Positions 50,989-62,863 of a DNA stretch of 64,000 nucleotides are shown here, one piece after another. Both the position numbers and the translations under genes were made by a program. Within the stretch, counting starts at the first letter, position 1, and every line of letters starts with the position of its first letter. The notes under the pieces are model-generated. The model saw only the letters and a program-made list of their open reading frames with translations, was not told where the DNA came from and did not search any database. The DNA comes from Eledone cirrhosa (Eukaryota), in assembly GCA_964016885.1 (NCBI GenBank), contig OZ024740.1, positions 222,456,001 through 222,520,000 of the forward strand, given 5' to 3'.

Positions 50989-51527
50989 GTAAGTAGTTGA
51001 TTAATTTAATTGAAAGTCTTTTATTTTTCTTAGTCTTTAACTTCTCATCTTTTTGCATTATTGGTTAGCAATTAAATTTGTCTCTGATGATTTAAAATAA
51101 AGTGTGAAATATGTCAATTCTAATCAAACATTTATTTAATAAAATAAGGATGTATGCAGCTGTTTAATCATTTCTAATAATTTGGTTTGATTATATACTT
51201 TGTGTATAGACGTATTTCATTTTTTTTTTTACTAAATATCAGATGTAGAATCCCATTACTAAATGTCAGATGTAGAATCCCTACTGAAACTTGCTCATGA
51301 TTTTGACATGAAATAATGAGGCCAAAAAAATATGAACACAAAATATGTGTGGCTTTGCTAATACTGTGATATATATGTAATTATATACATATTTATTTCA
51401 CAAAATTTTCATCCATTTAATGTAACAATTATAAAAATATTCATTCCGTCGGATTAAAGAATGAAATAATCTTTAAATATACCCCTGTGCTTTTTCAATG
51501 TTAATCTTTATCTATCTGTTTATATAT

Positions 51528-51718
51528 ATAGGAACGAGTAGGACCCCAACGGCTGAGCTCAAGCCGTTTCGACGGCTAATTCGGGACTAAATTTTAGTCC
51601 AGAATTAGCCGTTGAAACGGCTTGAGCTTAGCTGACGGGGTCCTACTCATTCCTATTACCCACTCTACTACCCTTTGGTGTGTTATGGTCCACCTGGTTC
51701 CTTACCACATTTCCTCTG
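51528..51718 (+). mobile_element. short fold-back element (~60-bp arms plus tail), same family as 36556-37385
   Basis: ataggaacgagtaggacccc.../...ggggtcctactcattcctat hairpin; shared tail; in (TA)n. Confidence 0.75.
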
Positions 51719-52368
51719 TTTATATATATATGTATGCATGTGTGTTTGTATGTGTGTGAGTGAGACAGAAAGATAGAGAGTGTATGTGTGTGTGTGAGTT
51801 CGACTGAATTTATAAGAAAGTTGAAAAAGTATTAAATACAGAAGTAGAGCGTAAATATTCATTGTACCACTGAGATTATTCTCTCTTTATTAATCAATGT
51901 TTTGTTAATCTTACTGACCATGCATCATATAATATCCATAAAAGAAAAAAGAATTGGGACGGCTATGGCTGGAAAGTCTTTCACCAAAGATTTTTTCAAC
52001 AAGTGCTGACAAACAATAGCATCAACAAGTGTTACTTATGCAAGTTCCAGTTATCAGTCCTTCTGCTCCTTGTAGCAATGAGCTATGCTTATACATGGTA
52101 TCTGACTATAGCTAGATGGAGTGAACTAAAATGTTTTAAGTGTTTAGTGATATAGACCAAACCTAGAATGAATGAGAGGATGTGTGTTGTAAACTCTTTA
52201 GCCCATATTCTATCATTCATCACCACCATTTTTGCAATTATGTTTTCATGCTTGGGTTGGTTGTATAATCCCTCTCCATCAAAGCTTCATCATAAATTCA
52301 GTCGACCACACACACACATACACTTTCTCTCTATCTTACTGTCTCACTCACACACATACAAACACATA

Positions 52369-52415
<47 letters not shown>

Positions 52416-53812
52416 AGATAGATAAAGATTAACATTGAAAAAGCACAGGGGTATATTTACTTTGTCATCAATTTTGTGGGGTTCAGCATGCTGAGATCAG
52501 TTCTTCCCCTTTCTGCTCTTTTGCAGAACTTCTTGATCTAATTATTAAAATACATATATCTCATGTCTGATCCAGTGTAATCGTCTCCCTTGCACATTTT
52601 GCAATTATGTTTTCATACTTACATTGGTTGTATATTACATCTGATTCCAACAACATATCATGTACACTAATATTACACATCTAGCAGAGCATACTTGCCT
52701 CATTTTTTTCTAGCCTTCACAGATTAAACATTTTGTACTGATGATGAAAATGATGATGGAGGTGATGATGATATTGATGATGATAATAGTGGTGGTATTG
52801 GTAAAATGTGAGGGTAAAGTTGAAATGGGAATATATAAATCTATATATATAAAATCAATAACTCTCAATAACTGATAAAAATAACTCTCAGATGACACCA
52901 ACATATCTCTTTAATCACAAATTGCCTGTTATTCTACTTCTTCCATTTCCAATGTATACATCTCAACACAAACACAGATGTTCTTTCATCTTATATTTTA
53001 TTTGGTATGGGTCAATTCTACCATGTGTGTGTGTACTATCACTTTATTTTGATAGGTTGTTATTGATGTTATTGTTACAAATCAGTCAGGGAATGAAGGA
53101 AAGAGTTTGTCACCTTTTTGGGACCTGCAAAACTGGTAGAAGGTTTGGAGTAGTTTATTGCACCTTCAAACTTAAGACATGGCCTGAATTATTGCAATAT
53201 ATTGGACTTCCAGATGACAGTAGTGTTAAACATAATTTCAGATAAAGCCTAACATGTAAGTAGATCTCAGTGAGATACCAACTTAGATGACAAAGAACCA
53301 GAACGTTATCTTGTCTGATGTCCTAACAATTTTACCAATCCACTGTCCTAGACTGGTACTGTATTTCATTGATGAAAGGCTACAGTGACTGCAGTGGGAT
53401 TTAAAATCAGAGTGCAGAGAAACAGAAGAAACGATGCAATGCATTTAGTCCTCTACTAATTCGCCACATATTATTGCCTCTTTACTTTAGATCAATCCTA
53501 ACTCAGCAAAACTATCACCAAAAACATTCTAGCAGGGGCTATCCCCTTTGTATATAAAATTACATTGTGAAATCTATCCATTGTTTTTTAAAGAAAGTAG
53601 GGTGTGGTTTCATGGAGATTTGCCTGCTATTTCTTGTAGCTTCAGCAACCAAATAGAGTTTCAACATTAGTTCATGTTTTGTTATGTTGGGTATGTATCA
53701 GATCTTACCCTGCAATATAAATATTGATATAAATTCCTGCTCGGTTATTTTTTGCCAATTATGTAAGTCATGCCTCAAACAGTGGGGGAGAGAGAAAGGA
53801 GAGGTAATGAAG

Positions 53813-53847
<35 letters not shown>

Positions 53848-53945
53848 ATAATAATAAATTTGAAGACTAAAATCCAAAGAGGGCTCGATAAGGATAAATA
53901 TATATCAAATATATAAGAACCGTAGAGCAAATATTTATTAAAATA

Positions 53946-54021
53946 ACAGATTAAAGTTTAAGCAAAGAGTCACTGCTTTCATCCTTAACGGGATCTTCTG
54001 AAACTAACAAAGTCAATCTGT
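53946..54021 (-). ncRNA. decayed hammerhead motif in a (TA)n-flanked insert
   Basis: AGTTT-CAGAAGA(U4>A)-TCC cgttaa GGA T-GAAA-GCA..TGC-TT-AAACT; extended stem ACAGATT/AATCTGT. Confidence 0.5.
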
Positions 54022-54065
54022 GAACGTAGAAGTGAATATTTCAAAAAACGTTGCAATAAATATAT

Positions 54066-54116
<51 letters not shown>

Positions 54117-54329
54117 CAAGATATATTTGCAATCAAAAGGTTGTGAGTTCAATTCTCATCCCGGGTGATATGTTGTTTACTTGAACAAGACACTCTATTT
54201 CACATTGCTCCAGTTTACTCAGCTGTAGAAATGAGATGATAAGGAGTGGGGTCGCTATCATTCCACTGCAAAGTGGTCGTGGAGGTGCCACAGCAAAAAA
54301 GGGTACCAACAGACTTTGGTACGCTTTCT

Positions 54330-54545
54330 TCTATATAAAATAGAAATAGAATCTTTCGCCTTTATTTCTGATTAAAGAAATTTTAGCCTGATATTGGGGT
54401 TTAGAACCCTCCAATGTACGTCAATACTCACTATTTTCCATTTCTTAGAGGGTTCTAAACCCCAATATCAGGCTAAAATTCTTTTAGTCAAAAATACAGC
54501 AAAAGCTTCTATTTTTCTATTTATATTTTCAAACTCACTTGCTTT
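54330..54545. repeat. inverted repeat, ~80-bp arms
   Basis: aattttagcctgatattggggtttagaaccctc / gagggttctaaaccccaatatcaggctaaaatt. Confidence 0.8.
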
Positions 54546-54555
54546 AAAAAAAAAA

Positions 54556-54592
<37 letters not shown>

Positions 54593-54599
<7 letters not shown>

Positions 54600-54739
54600 C
54601 GTATTTAAGAAAGCCACAACAATGCAAAGGGAAATCTCGAGGTAGGAAGTGAAATATAGATAGGAAAAACAGGTGAAAGTGGCTTTCTTAAATACGTATT
54701 TTTACACATTTCACAATGCTTCAAGCAAACTTTAACACC

Positions 54740-54741
<2 letters not shown>
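54593..54741. repeat. small fold-back insert in (TA)n (25-bp arms plus tail)
   Basis: aaaaatacgtatttaagaaagccac / gtggctttcttaaatacgtattttt. Confidence 0.75.
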
Positions 54742-54792
<51 letters not shown>

Positions 54793-56034
54793 TATGTATT
54801 GCTTCCACACAATTTCTCTATTTCGAATTTTACTCACAAGATGCTGGTCAACTAAGGGTATGGTAATGTTTATTTAGTAGATGGTAAATGACTAATTTTA
54901 ATATACATCACACAATTACTATTAAACAGATTTTCCCCAATAATACTTAATACATATTTTATTAATATTTAACTATTTACTAAATCAGCATTCTTTTACT
55001 TCTAAAAAATATATTTCCTGTTATAGTTTCCATGTGAACACATTCAACGAATGTGTCCCAATGATTAATATTTCATATCTTTCCTAAACCATTTCTATAC
55101 CTTTTATGTGAATTAATATTTTAATATATTACAGATTTCTCTTCTCCCAAAATTAGTTTTAGAGAAAAATCAATATAGTTTATATATATATTTTTTCTAT
55201 TGTGGTTATGAGAGTGAGATATGGTTGATGAGATAAGGAGAAGCAGAAAAGGCTGGAAAGAACAGAAATGAGAATGGGAGTATCAATGAGAGAAAGGAAG
55301 ACAAAAAATGAATTGCAAAGGAAGATTAGAATATACCTAGTGATGCTATGATGACATATGGAACATGATGTTTGGGTCTTGTGTTGAGGATGGACTAAAT
55401 TGATTAGGGAAGAGAAATGATGAAAGTGAATGTGGAAGGAAGTAGCAGAATGTAAAGACCAAGAAAGACATGCCTGAAGATGATGGAGGAGGAAATTAAA
55501 TGATATGCCAAAATGGAGCAGCTTGTCAAGTATCTTGTAAAGCTAACACCTGCTTTAACAGTAAAAATGACCTTAAAATAGTTATTGTTGTTACTGCTGC
55601 TCTTGTTGTTGTTGTTTGTATTTTGGTTATGATTGTTTTGGGAAAACCAGTTGAATAGAAGAGTGAAAACTAAACTGTAGTAATGTAAGAAAAACAAAAC
55701 TCATATTCACACATACACAGACATATACATACATATATTCATTCACATACAAACATATATAAATATATGTATGTATGTATATATATTAAATATAAAATAA
55801 AAATGTAAACTATTGTTTTATTTTTCTTACTTTACTCTACTCAAGTGTTCACTCTTGTATTTCTAACTGGCATTGCACTGGTTTTCTCAAAACAATCATT
55901 TTCTATTATATATATGTTTAAATTAGCTTTTAATCTTGCTTTTTTACCTCTATCAAAATTATCTTGTATATTCACATCAGATATACATTGTTTTCATTTT
56001 GACAGTTCAGTTCAGTTCAAAGACATAAACTAAA

Positions 56035-56074
56035 ATGGCTTCTACTTCTTTTGTGATGGGTCTATGTTTTGCAG
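56035..56074 (+). CDS. candidate first coding exon of a secreted protein (MASTSFVMGLCFA, phase-1 donor)
   Basis: Acceptor ttttcattttgacag at 56005, start context AAAATGG, donor CAG|gtaagt. Confidence 0.6.
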
Positions 56075-57025
56075 GTAAGTTTAGTAAAATATGCCCTTAT
56101 TGCTTCTGCAAATACATCATCATCATCATTTTATGTCCACTTTCCATGCTGGCATAGGTTAAATGGGTCATTACATTCTGAGATTTGACTGATTAGAGTG
56201 CCACTTCTTGATCTTTTGTTTTAAGATTTGGCATGGTTTCTATGGTTGGATTCCTTTTCTAGTGTCAACCATTTTACAGATTGTACTGAGTGCAATTTAT
56301 CATGGCACCAGCATTAGATTGATTATGATGTACTTGGCAATACTGAAAATATCTCTCTACCATATACTGTCTCTCTTTGATTGTCAGCCACTTTACAGTG
56401 TTCTATCATGGCATCAATTCTAGAAAGTTTTCAAATCCCCAACAGGACTAGAGAGTCCTCTATACCATATGTTGTCATCAACACGGGATACTGAATGTGT
56501 TCCATTGTGACACCAACACGAGGAAGGTGGCCTCATTCAAATTCACTCCTTAAATTATAACATGTTTTAATTACACAAAGAATGGGGTAGTTGGACATTT
56601 AGATATCACTTACTTTACTAATATCCTGGATACGTTTGATTTATAATTAAGTGAATCAGATTATTAAAAGTATGAAATTGCCTGATACCATACATAAGTT
56701 ACAATATATTCCCTGAAAATACTACATGAAAAACCAGCATTTGTCTTATCTACAGGAACTAGAAAACCTCAATACTTAATTTAAATACGACAAGCATTTT
56801 AGGGCAATTTTCTCTGAAAAAGGTGGGCTAGCCTTGTGGGTTCTATCATCATAGGATTTACTTTGAGGAATTGTTGTATAGCTGGATAGATGTTAGTCTT
56901 TTTAGTGCCCTCATATATCACACAAGGGCAGTGAACCTATACTAAACAATATATACACAACTGGTAAATGTTATATTCAAAACAGGGTTGCAACATACTA
57001 CTTATATGATTACTACACAAGAATA

Positions 57026-57941
57026 TCCTTATATATAAAACTGAGGATGTCTGTCTGTGTGTGTGAGTTTGAATCCCTAAAACTCGAGAACCACCCAACC
57101 GACTGTTTTCAAACTTTACACATGTAATACTTATGTTTCAGGGAGTGTTCAGAGCAAAGAAAATTTCAAATTTTCAATGCCCTAGGGGCCACATTAGGCG
57201 ATTTAGCGATCTCTCTCTATAATTCTTAGTCTTTCTCTTTTTAGATAGATACATACATATAACGTCGCGCCCTTATAATATCTGTCTGTATGTCTGCTGT
57301 CTGCATTACGTCACTTCTCTGAGCATGTCTGTCTGTGTGTGTGTGTCTGTGAGTTTGAATCCCTAAAGCTCGAGAAGTACCCAACCGATTTTTTTCAAAC
57401 TTTATATGTGTATTACTTATGTTTCAGGGAGTGTTATGCACATAAACAATTGAACTTTTTGATCTCCTAGGGCCCGCATTAGGTGAAAAACTGCGTTTTT
57501 CAGGTTTTTAGGGGTTTTTTGAGGGGTTACGTCAGACCGATTTCCTTGAAATTGTAACTATGTATTAGTCAGTCTCATCTTCATACAGTGAGCAAAGAAA
57601 ATCCAACTTTTTTATGGCCCGCATTAGGTGAAAAATTTCTTTTTTTTTCAGCTTTTTAGGGCTTTTTGGAGATGTTACGTCTAGTCAATTTTCTCGAAAT
57701 TTCAAGGCATATTATGCACATGAAAAAAATTCATTTTCTTGATCACCTAGGTGAAAATTAGGTGAAAACCTGCAATTTTCCTGCTTCATCGAGGAAAATC
57801 TTAAAAATTATCCAGCCATCAGAGTATTCGGTTTATTTTCTTTACATATTGTCCAGCCACGCAGTTTTTCCACGATTAGGTCTGTTAGCAGCCCGCCTTC
57901 CAAAATACTTTATCTCGTGCAACGCCGGGTACCACTGCTAG
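57026..57941 (+). mobile_element. non-autonomous Helitron
   Basis: A|TCcttatatataaaa 5' end; 3' imperfect hairpin ctcgtgcaacgccggg followed by CTAG|T; no TSD; internal subrepeats. Confidence 0.8.
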
Positions 57942-58781
57942 TACAATATATTTCTTAGGACAGGCCAACAGATTCAATTGCCAAATATCAAAATACCAAA
58001 CATTATTTCAGCAATTTTGCTGCTCTGACAGTCACAGAGTAAATGTTGGGATTATATATTCAGCATGTCTCAAGCCAAAAGTCCTTAAATATTTCTATCC
58101 CAAAATAATTGTTTTAAGCTACTACAAATAACTGAATTCATGCAAAATTGTTGAAATTTCTCTCATGAAGAGAATGATTTATTCCTTTATTCAAATGTTT
58201 TTATAACCTCAAAATATGCCTATTTTTGCTTGCATCTTACATTATTTTGTTTTGTAGTAATAATTTGAAAATGAAAATCTTATTTATAAACTATAAATTT
58301 AATAATCTAAAATACTCAGAAAAAAACAAACAAAAGTTTTAATTGGTATAAAGAAAAATATTTCTTTCAAGTTTATATTATTTATTGCTAATAATGTTCT
58401 AATTTTTTTTTCAAATTATTTTCTTTTGAAATTACTATAATTTTGTATGTGATTATCAGTAAACAAGGCTGAAGTGACCAGTGTGATGTACTTTAGATTA
58501 ATGTATATTAGCTACACACAAAAGGCTAACAACTATGGTTGAAATCCAGTGGTTAATTCAAACAACATAACTGAGGTATCTGACTTGTAATTGGGTGTTC
58601 CCATAAGGCAACTTTCTTTAGTTTGAAAGTTATCAGATTTCAAATGTAAACATTAATATATATGAGAACAAACATACAAGCAAAAACGTAATGAATTAAT
58701 GGATTAATATATTAGTTATAAATTACAAATTGAATTTATTGTATAAATGTGATTAACTAAATTTTCTTATAACCATTTCAG

Positions 58782-58826
58782 TGATCCTGGGACTCCTTGC
58801 TCCAACTACATCAGCTTATTGGAATG
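58782..58826 (+). CDS. candidate 45-nt second coding exon (VILGLLAPTTSAYWN, phase 1-1)
   Basis: Acceptor ttttcttataaccatttcag and donor ATG|gtacag; joins in frame to 56035-56074 and completes a signal peptide. Confidence 0.55.
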
Positions 58827-59559
58827 GTACAGTTAACGTTTTTCATACTACTTTTCAATTCTAAATTAATTTAGGTTATTAAAAATGTTGTTTACATAAC
58901 AAAATCCAATGCAAAATGCTTTATAGTGTTCATTCTTGCAGATGGTCATTTTTTTGTGATCAAAATGTTTAGGCAAGATGATCAAAATGAGTAGTAAGAT
59001 GTGTCTATTACTATGTATTTATCAAGGAACTGTCAGCTTGTGTCCTTCACCAAGTTGGCTGAATAGGACTGTATCTGTTGCTGATTTCACCAGCTTATCA
59101 ATAGAATAAATATTGCTGCAGTTCATATTGCAGGTTACAAACACACTATCTCAGTGTCCTGGAACCCTGAACCATCACCCTAGTCACAACAATCAAGATA
59201 TAGACAGCCATCTATAAGAAAGAGTCCTATGAAATGAATTGGCTCTTTCAGCACATCTCCTTTACCATCCTCTTGGGTTACACATTCAACATTTTATCTG
59301 ACGAAACTATAATATGACACAAAATGATTACATTTGTTTGATGTATTTACAAAGAAAAATTTTGCGGCAGGAAAAAAACATCCATGCTACAATTAACATT
59401 AATTTAAAAAATACTCTAAAGTGTATTTAGATTGTAACTTGACATTGCTTTAATCATGTTTCATCTCCTTAGAAACTGTAGAAATCTCAAACACAGAAAA
59501 TGACCATAGCCACAATCAATTGCTAAAGACACTTAAATACCATGTGGTATTATAAACTA

Positions 59560-59678
59560 CAGTCTGAGTTCAAATCCCGCCAAGGTTAACTTTGCCTTTC
59601 ATCCTTACAGGGTCGATAAAATAAAGTACCAGTAATGTACTGGGTAATTGCTGGCCTTGTGCCTAAAGTAGAAACAAT
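59560..59678 (+). mobile_element. SINE family A, 5'-truncated
   Basis: Homology to 41741-41923; TSD attataaacta. Confidence 0.85.
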
Positions 59679-60533
59679 TATAAACTATGTGATGGATTAA
59701 GTATACTATCAAACAGTCACAAATATTTAAATTGATAATTATACATTAATAATTAAAATATTATGCATCATATATTATTATTATATATTATGCATCATAC
59801 ATTAGACATAAATATTAAGGCATATTCAAATTATATTGGGCTTGTTAATTATTTTAAAGTTGAATTAGGTGATTTATTAATTTAAAAAATACATTTAAAT
59901 CCACCATTGTCCAGAAAAATTTCAATTCAACATTCATACATACATATGTCTGTCTGTAAATGTGTATGGGTGTATTTGCCTGTAGCAGTATACACATGAA
60001 ACCATGTAGCTTAGTGCTTAAGTTGTTTGATACATGATCACAAGATTAATAGTTCAATTTCTCATGGCACTATGTGTTCTTGAGCAAAATAAATTAATTC
60101 ATATTGCTTCAGCACACTCATGTGGCAAAAATGTATAACGTTAACAGTAGCAATATCACAGCTGCGTTAATGCTATGGTTAATTAATACTTGCTTCTCAA
60201 GTTTGAATTATATTAAATAAGCAATCATCAAAAGTATATTATTTGTAAAATTTATGTATAAAAAGCTACAAGTTTATTTACCTCAGTAGCATGTTAGTAA
60301 GTGTTGGTGGTGATGGATTGAAATACAAGTATTTGGCATTCTCACTCAGTTATATATTTCTATTCTGAATCAAACTGTGTTAGTACAGCTATATATATAT
60401 ATATAGAAGTGGTTACACAACAGTTAGTTAACCATACCGAGAACAATTATCGGTATGGTGAACTAACTTCTACCTAACTCGTCCCATGGACTGAGTGCTC
60501 TACCACTACAGATATTACTTTCCAGTGTTCTAC

Positions 60534-60561
<28 letters not shown>

Positions 60562-60569
<8 letters not shown>

Positions 60570-61066
60570 ATACTTTGGGAGGGTGTTGCCAATAAGAAAC
60601 ACACGCACCAGTTGCTTTCACTTCAATTTAATTTATTATATATTTATAAATTTACAAATTTATAAATTTCTGGTTGGTTGGTTGGTTCCACAACCAGATA
60701 TTTGTTTATATATATATAGTCATAGTTCTTTCGTCACACACTCTGTGACCTCTTCAGTGACTGGGGATTTCTTTCTTCGTTTCTGTGCCTTTCCTTTCTT
60801 CTTTCCCCAGTCACTGAAGAGGTCACAGAGTGTGTGACGAAAGAACTATGACTATATATATATAAACAAATATCTGGTTGTGGAACCAACCAACCAACCA
60901 GAAATTTATAAATTTGTAAATTTATAAATATATAATAAATTAAATTGAAGTGAAAGCAACTGGTGCGTGTATTTCTTATTGGCAACATGACCCTCCCAAA
61001 GTATAACAATATCGGTTTCAACACACGATTTCAGATAAAGAATCTTGCTAAACAAATTCAGAAACG

Positions 61067-61070
<4 letters not shown>
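60562..61070. mobile_element. fold-back element (~205-bp arms plus ~58-bp tail) with two divergent hammerhead motifs (60718-60762 minus, 60809-60853 plus)
   Basis: Arms 60562-60767 and 60804-61012 nearly identical; AGTCA-CTGAAGA-G-GTCACA gagtg TGTGAC-GAAA-GAAC-TA-TGACT. Confidence 0.8.
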
Positions 61071-61111
<41 letters not shown>

Positions 61112-61379
61112 TATATATATCATTATCACTGTTTTACATCTATTGACCATGCTTCACATGGTAGGCAGAAGGGTTTATCGTTATGAAAATAATTAAAGTT
61201 TTTTGCAATTTCTATAAAGAATTAATGTTAATTAGTTTCATTTGACTTTGGCAATAATTAAACCAAATTCAATGCCACGCATACTATGATAAATATTGTA
61301 TATTCCTGTATTATTTGTTACAAAAATATAAGAAATATATATGTTTTAATATAGTACAAAAATATATATCTGAAACAAA

Positions 61380-62020
61380 TTATTTTGTAGAACCAATCTT
61401 ATGTGTGATTACTTGCTCAGATTATTTGGCATGTCTTTGTTCAACTAACATCTCCCATATGCATAATATGTCATCAACAAATCAGTTTTATTTTCGTGCT
61501 TACTCTATCCACTTGGATTTCTTGGCATTTCTTTACTCATTTGTCAACTTCCATATGCATATGTCCCGTATCTTGCTCACTACAGCTGATGCCTTTCATA
61601 GCCAATGTTTCTCTCGGCTAATTCAGGATACATCGTTCATGTATATTAATATTCGATCTAGAAACATTTGTCAAAAACACAATGGTAAAAAGTATTTAGA
61701 CTGAAAGACATATTTGCTGAAAATCATACTCATAAAAAACCAAATTAGTCCACAAACTAATTCATCTAAAGCATATCTGTTGACGTTCTAATATTTTAGA
61801 AAGAATTAAGTAACACATGTATAAAAATTAATGCAATGACTCATTGATACTTGATTCAATTGTCCGAATGCTAAGTCGTAGAATTTCGACATTGTTAATG
61901 AAATAAATAAAATAATAAATAACAATACAACCAAGAGCTTAGGGCGGATTATACCATTAAATTTATTTTATATACATTTTACCAAATGTAGAAAATAAAT
62001 CTAAATAGGGATGATAAAAA
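61380..62020 (-). mobile_element. possible very old Penelope-type RT relics
   Basis: Scattered minus-strand peptides FVDDILCIW, FYEYDF, MYPEL; no continuous frame. Confidence 0.3.
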
Positions 62021-62675
62021 GAGGTTCATGAATTTGATAAAATACGATTATATGGAATTAAGTTCATACACAAGTGACATTCTAAAAGACTGAAAAGAAA
62101 GAAAAAATAAAGTAAACAAAATAAATGTAAATACCCTTATATATGTAAACCATCAATAAAATTGGATTCTCAGAAACATCAAAATGTATATAACTACATC
62201 CAATTCAAGAAAGTAATATATATGTATGTATGGGCCCATAACTCTTAAGGGAGTAATAGGGGTGTCATATTGACATACAGCATTTCTATGTTAATTTTAA
62301 ACCTAGTGGAGCCCATGGCCTCTCCATGTCTGAATACAGCAGATTTCCAGAAAAGGATAGAGAATGAGAGAAAAGAAGTGAGAAATATTTATAGAGGAAG
62401 AAACAACTCCAGCACTAGACGGGTACTTTTTTATCGACCGTGAGAGCAGAGAGTCAGAACAAATACTGCAAACATTCTATCTTGGATTGAAGAAGTTACT
62501 TAAGGCTACCTTATAATATAAATATTCACATCATAAAATCATTAGTGGGCTTTAGAAAGCTATTCTGGACATGCTATAGTTAAATGAGGTTGACTGTATA
62601 AGTCTCACTCAAGTACTCGTATCTAATGAATTATTCCACTTGTATGACAATATTAGAAATGATTATTACAAGAAA

Positions 62676-62863
62676 GGGTCGGTGGATTGGCATTATCGGT
62701 AGAGGGTCAGACGCTATGCTTTCCAGCATAGTTACGTCCCTTTACGATCTGAGTTCAAATCCCGCCGAGGTTGACTTTGCCTTTCATCCTTACGGGGTCG
62801 ATAAAATAAAGTACCAGTAATGCACTGGGATAATTGATGGCCTTGTGCCAAAAGTAGAAACAA
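62676..62863 (+). mobile_element. full-length SINE family A
   Basis: A/B boxes; TSD attattacaagaa. Confidence 0.9.

Noticed and set aside
58942-58995. Third coding exon of the candidate secreted-protein gene (DGHFFVIKMFR...)
   Set aside because: The acceptor is plausible, but it needs a GC donor or ends in a stop after ~17 codons; cannot be supported without transcripts.
60405-60540. Hairpin agttagttaaccataccga/tcggtatggtgaactaact as a miRNA or ribozyme
   Set aside because: No HHR core and the stem is short; more likely another tiny TA-embedded fold-back fragment.
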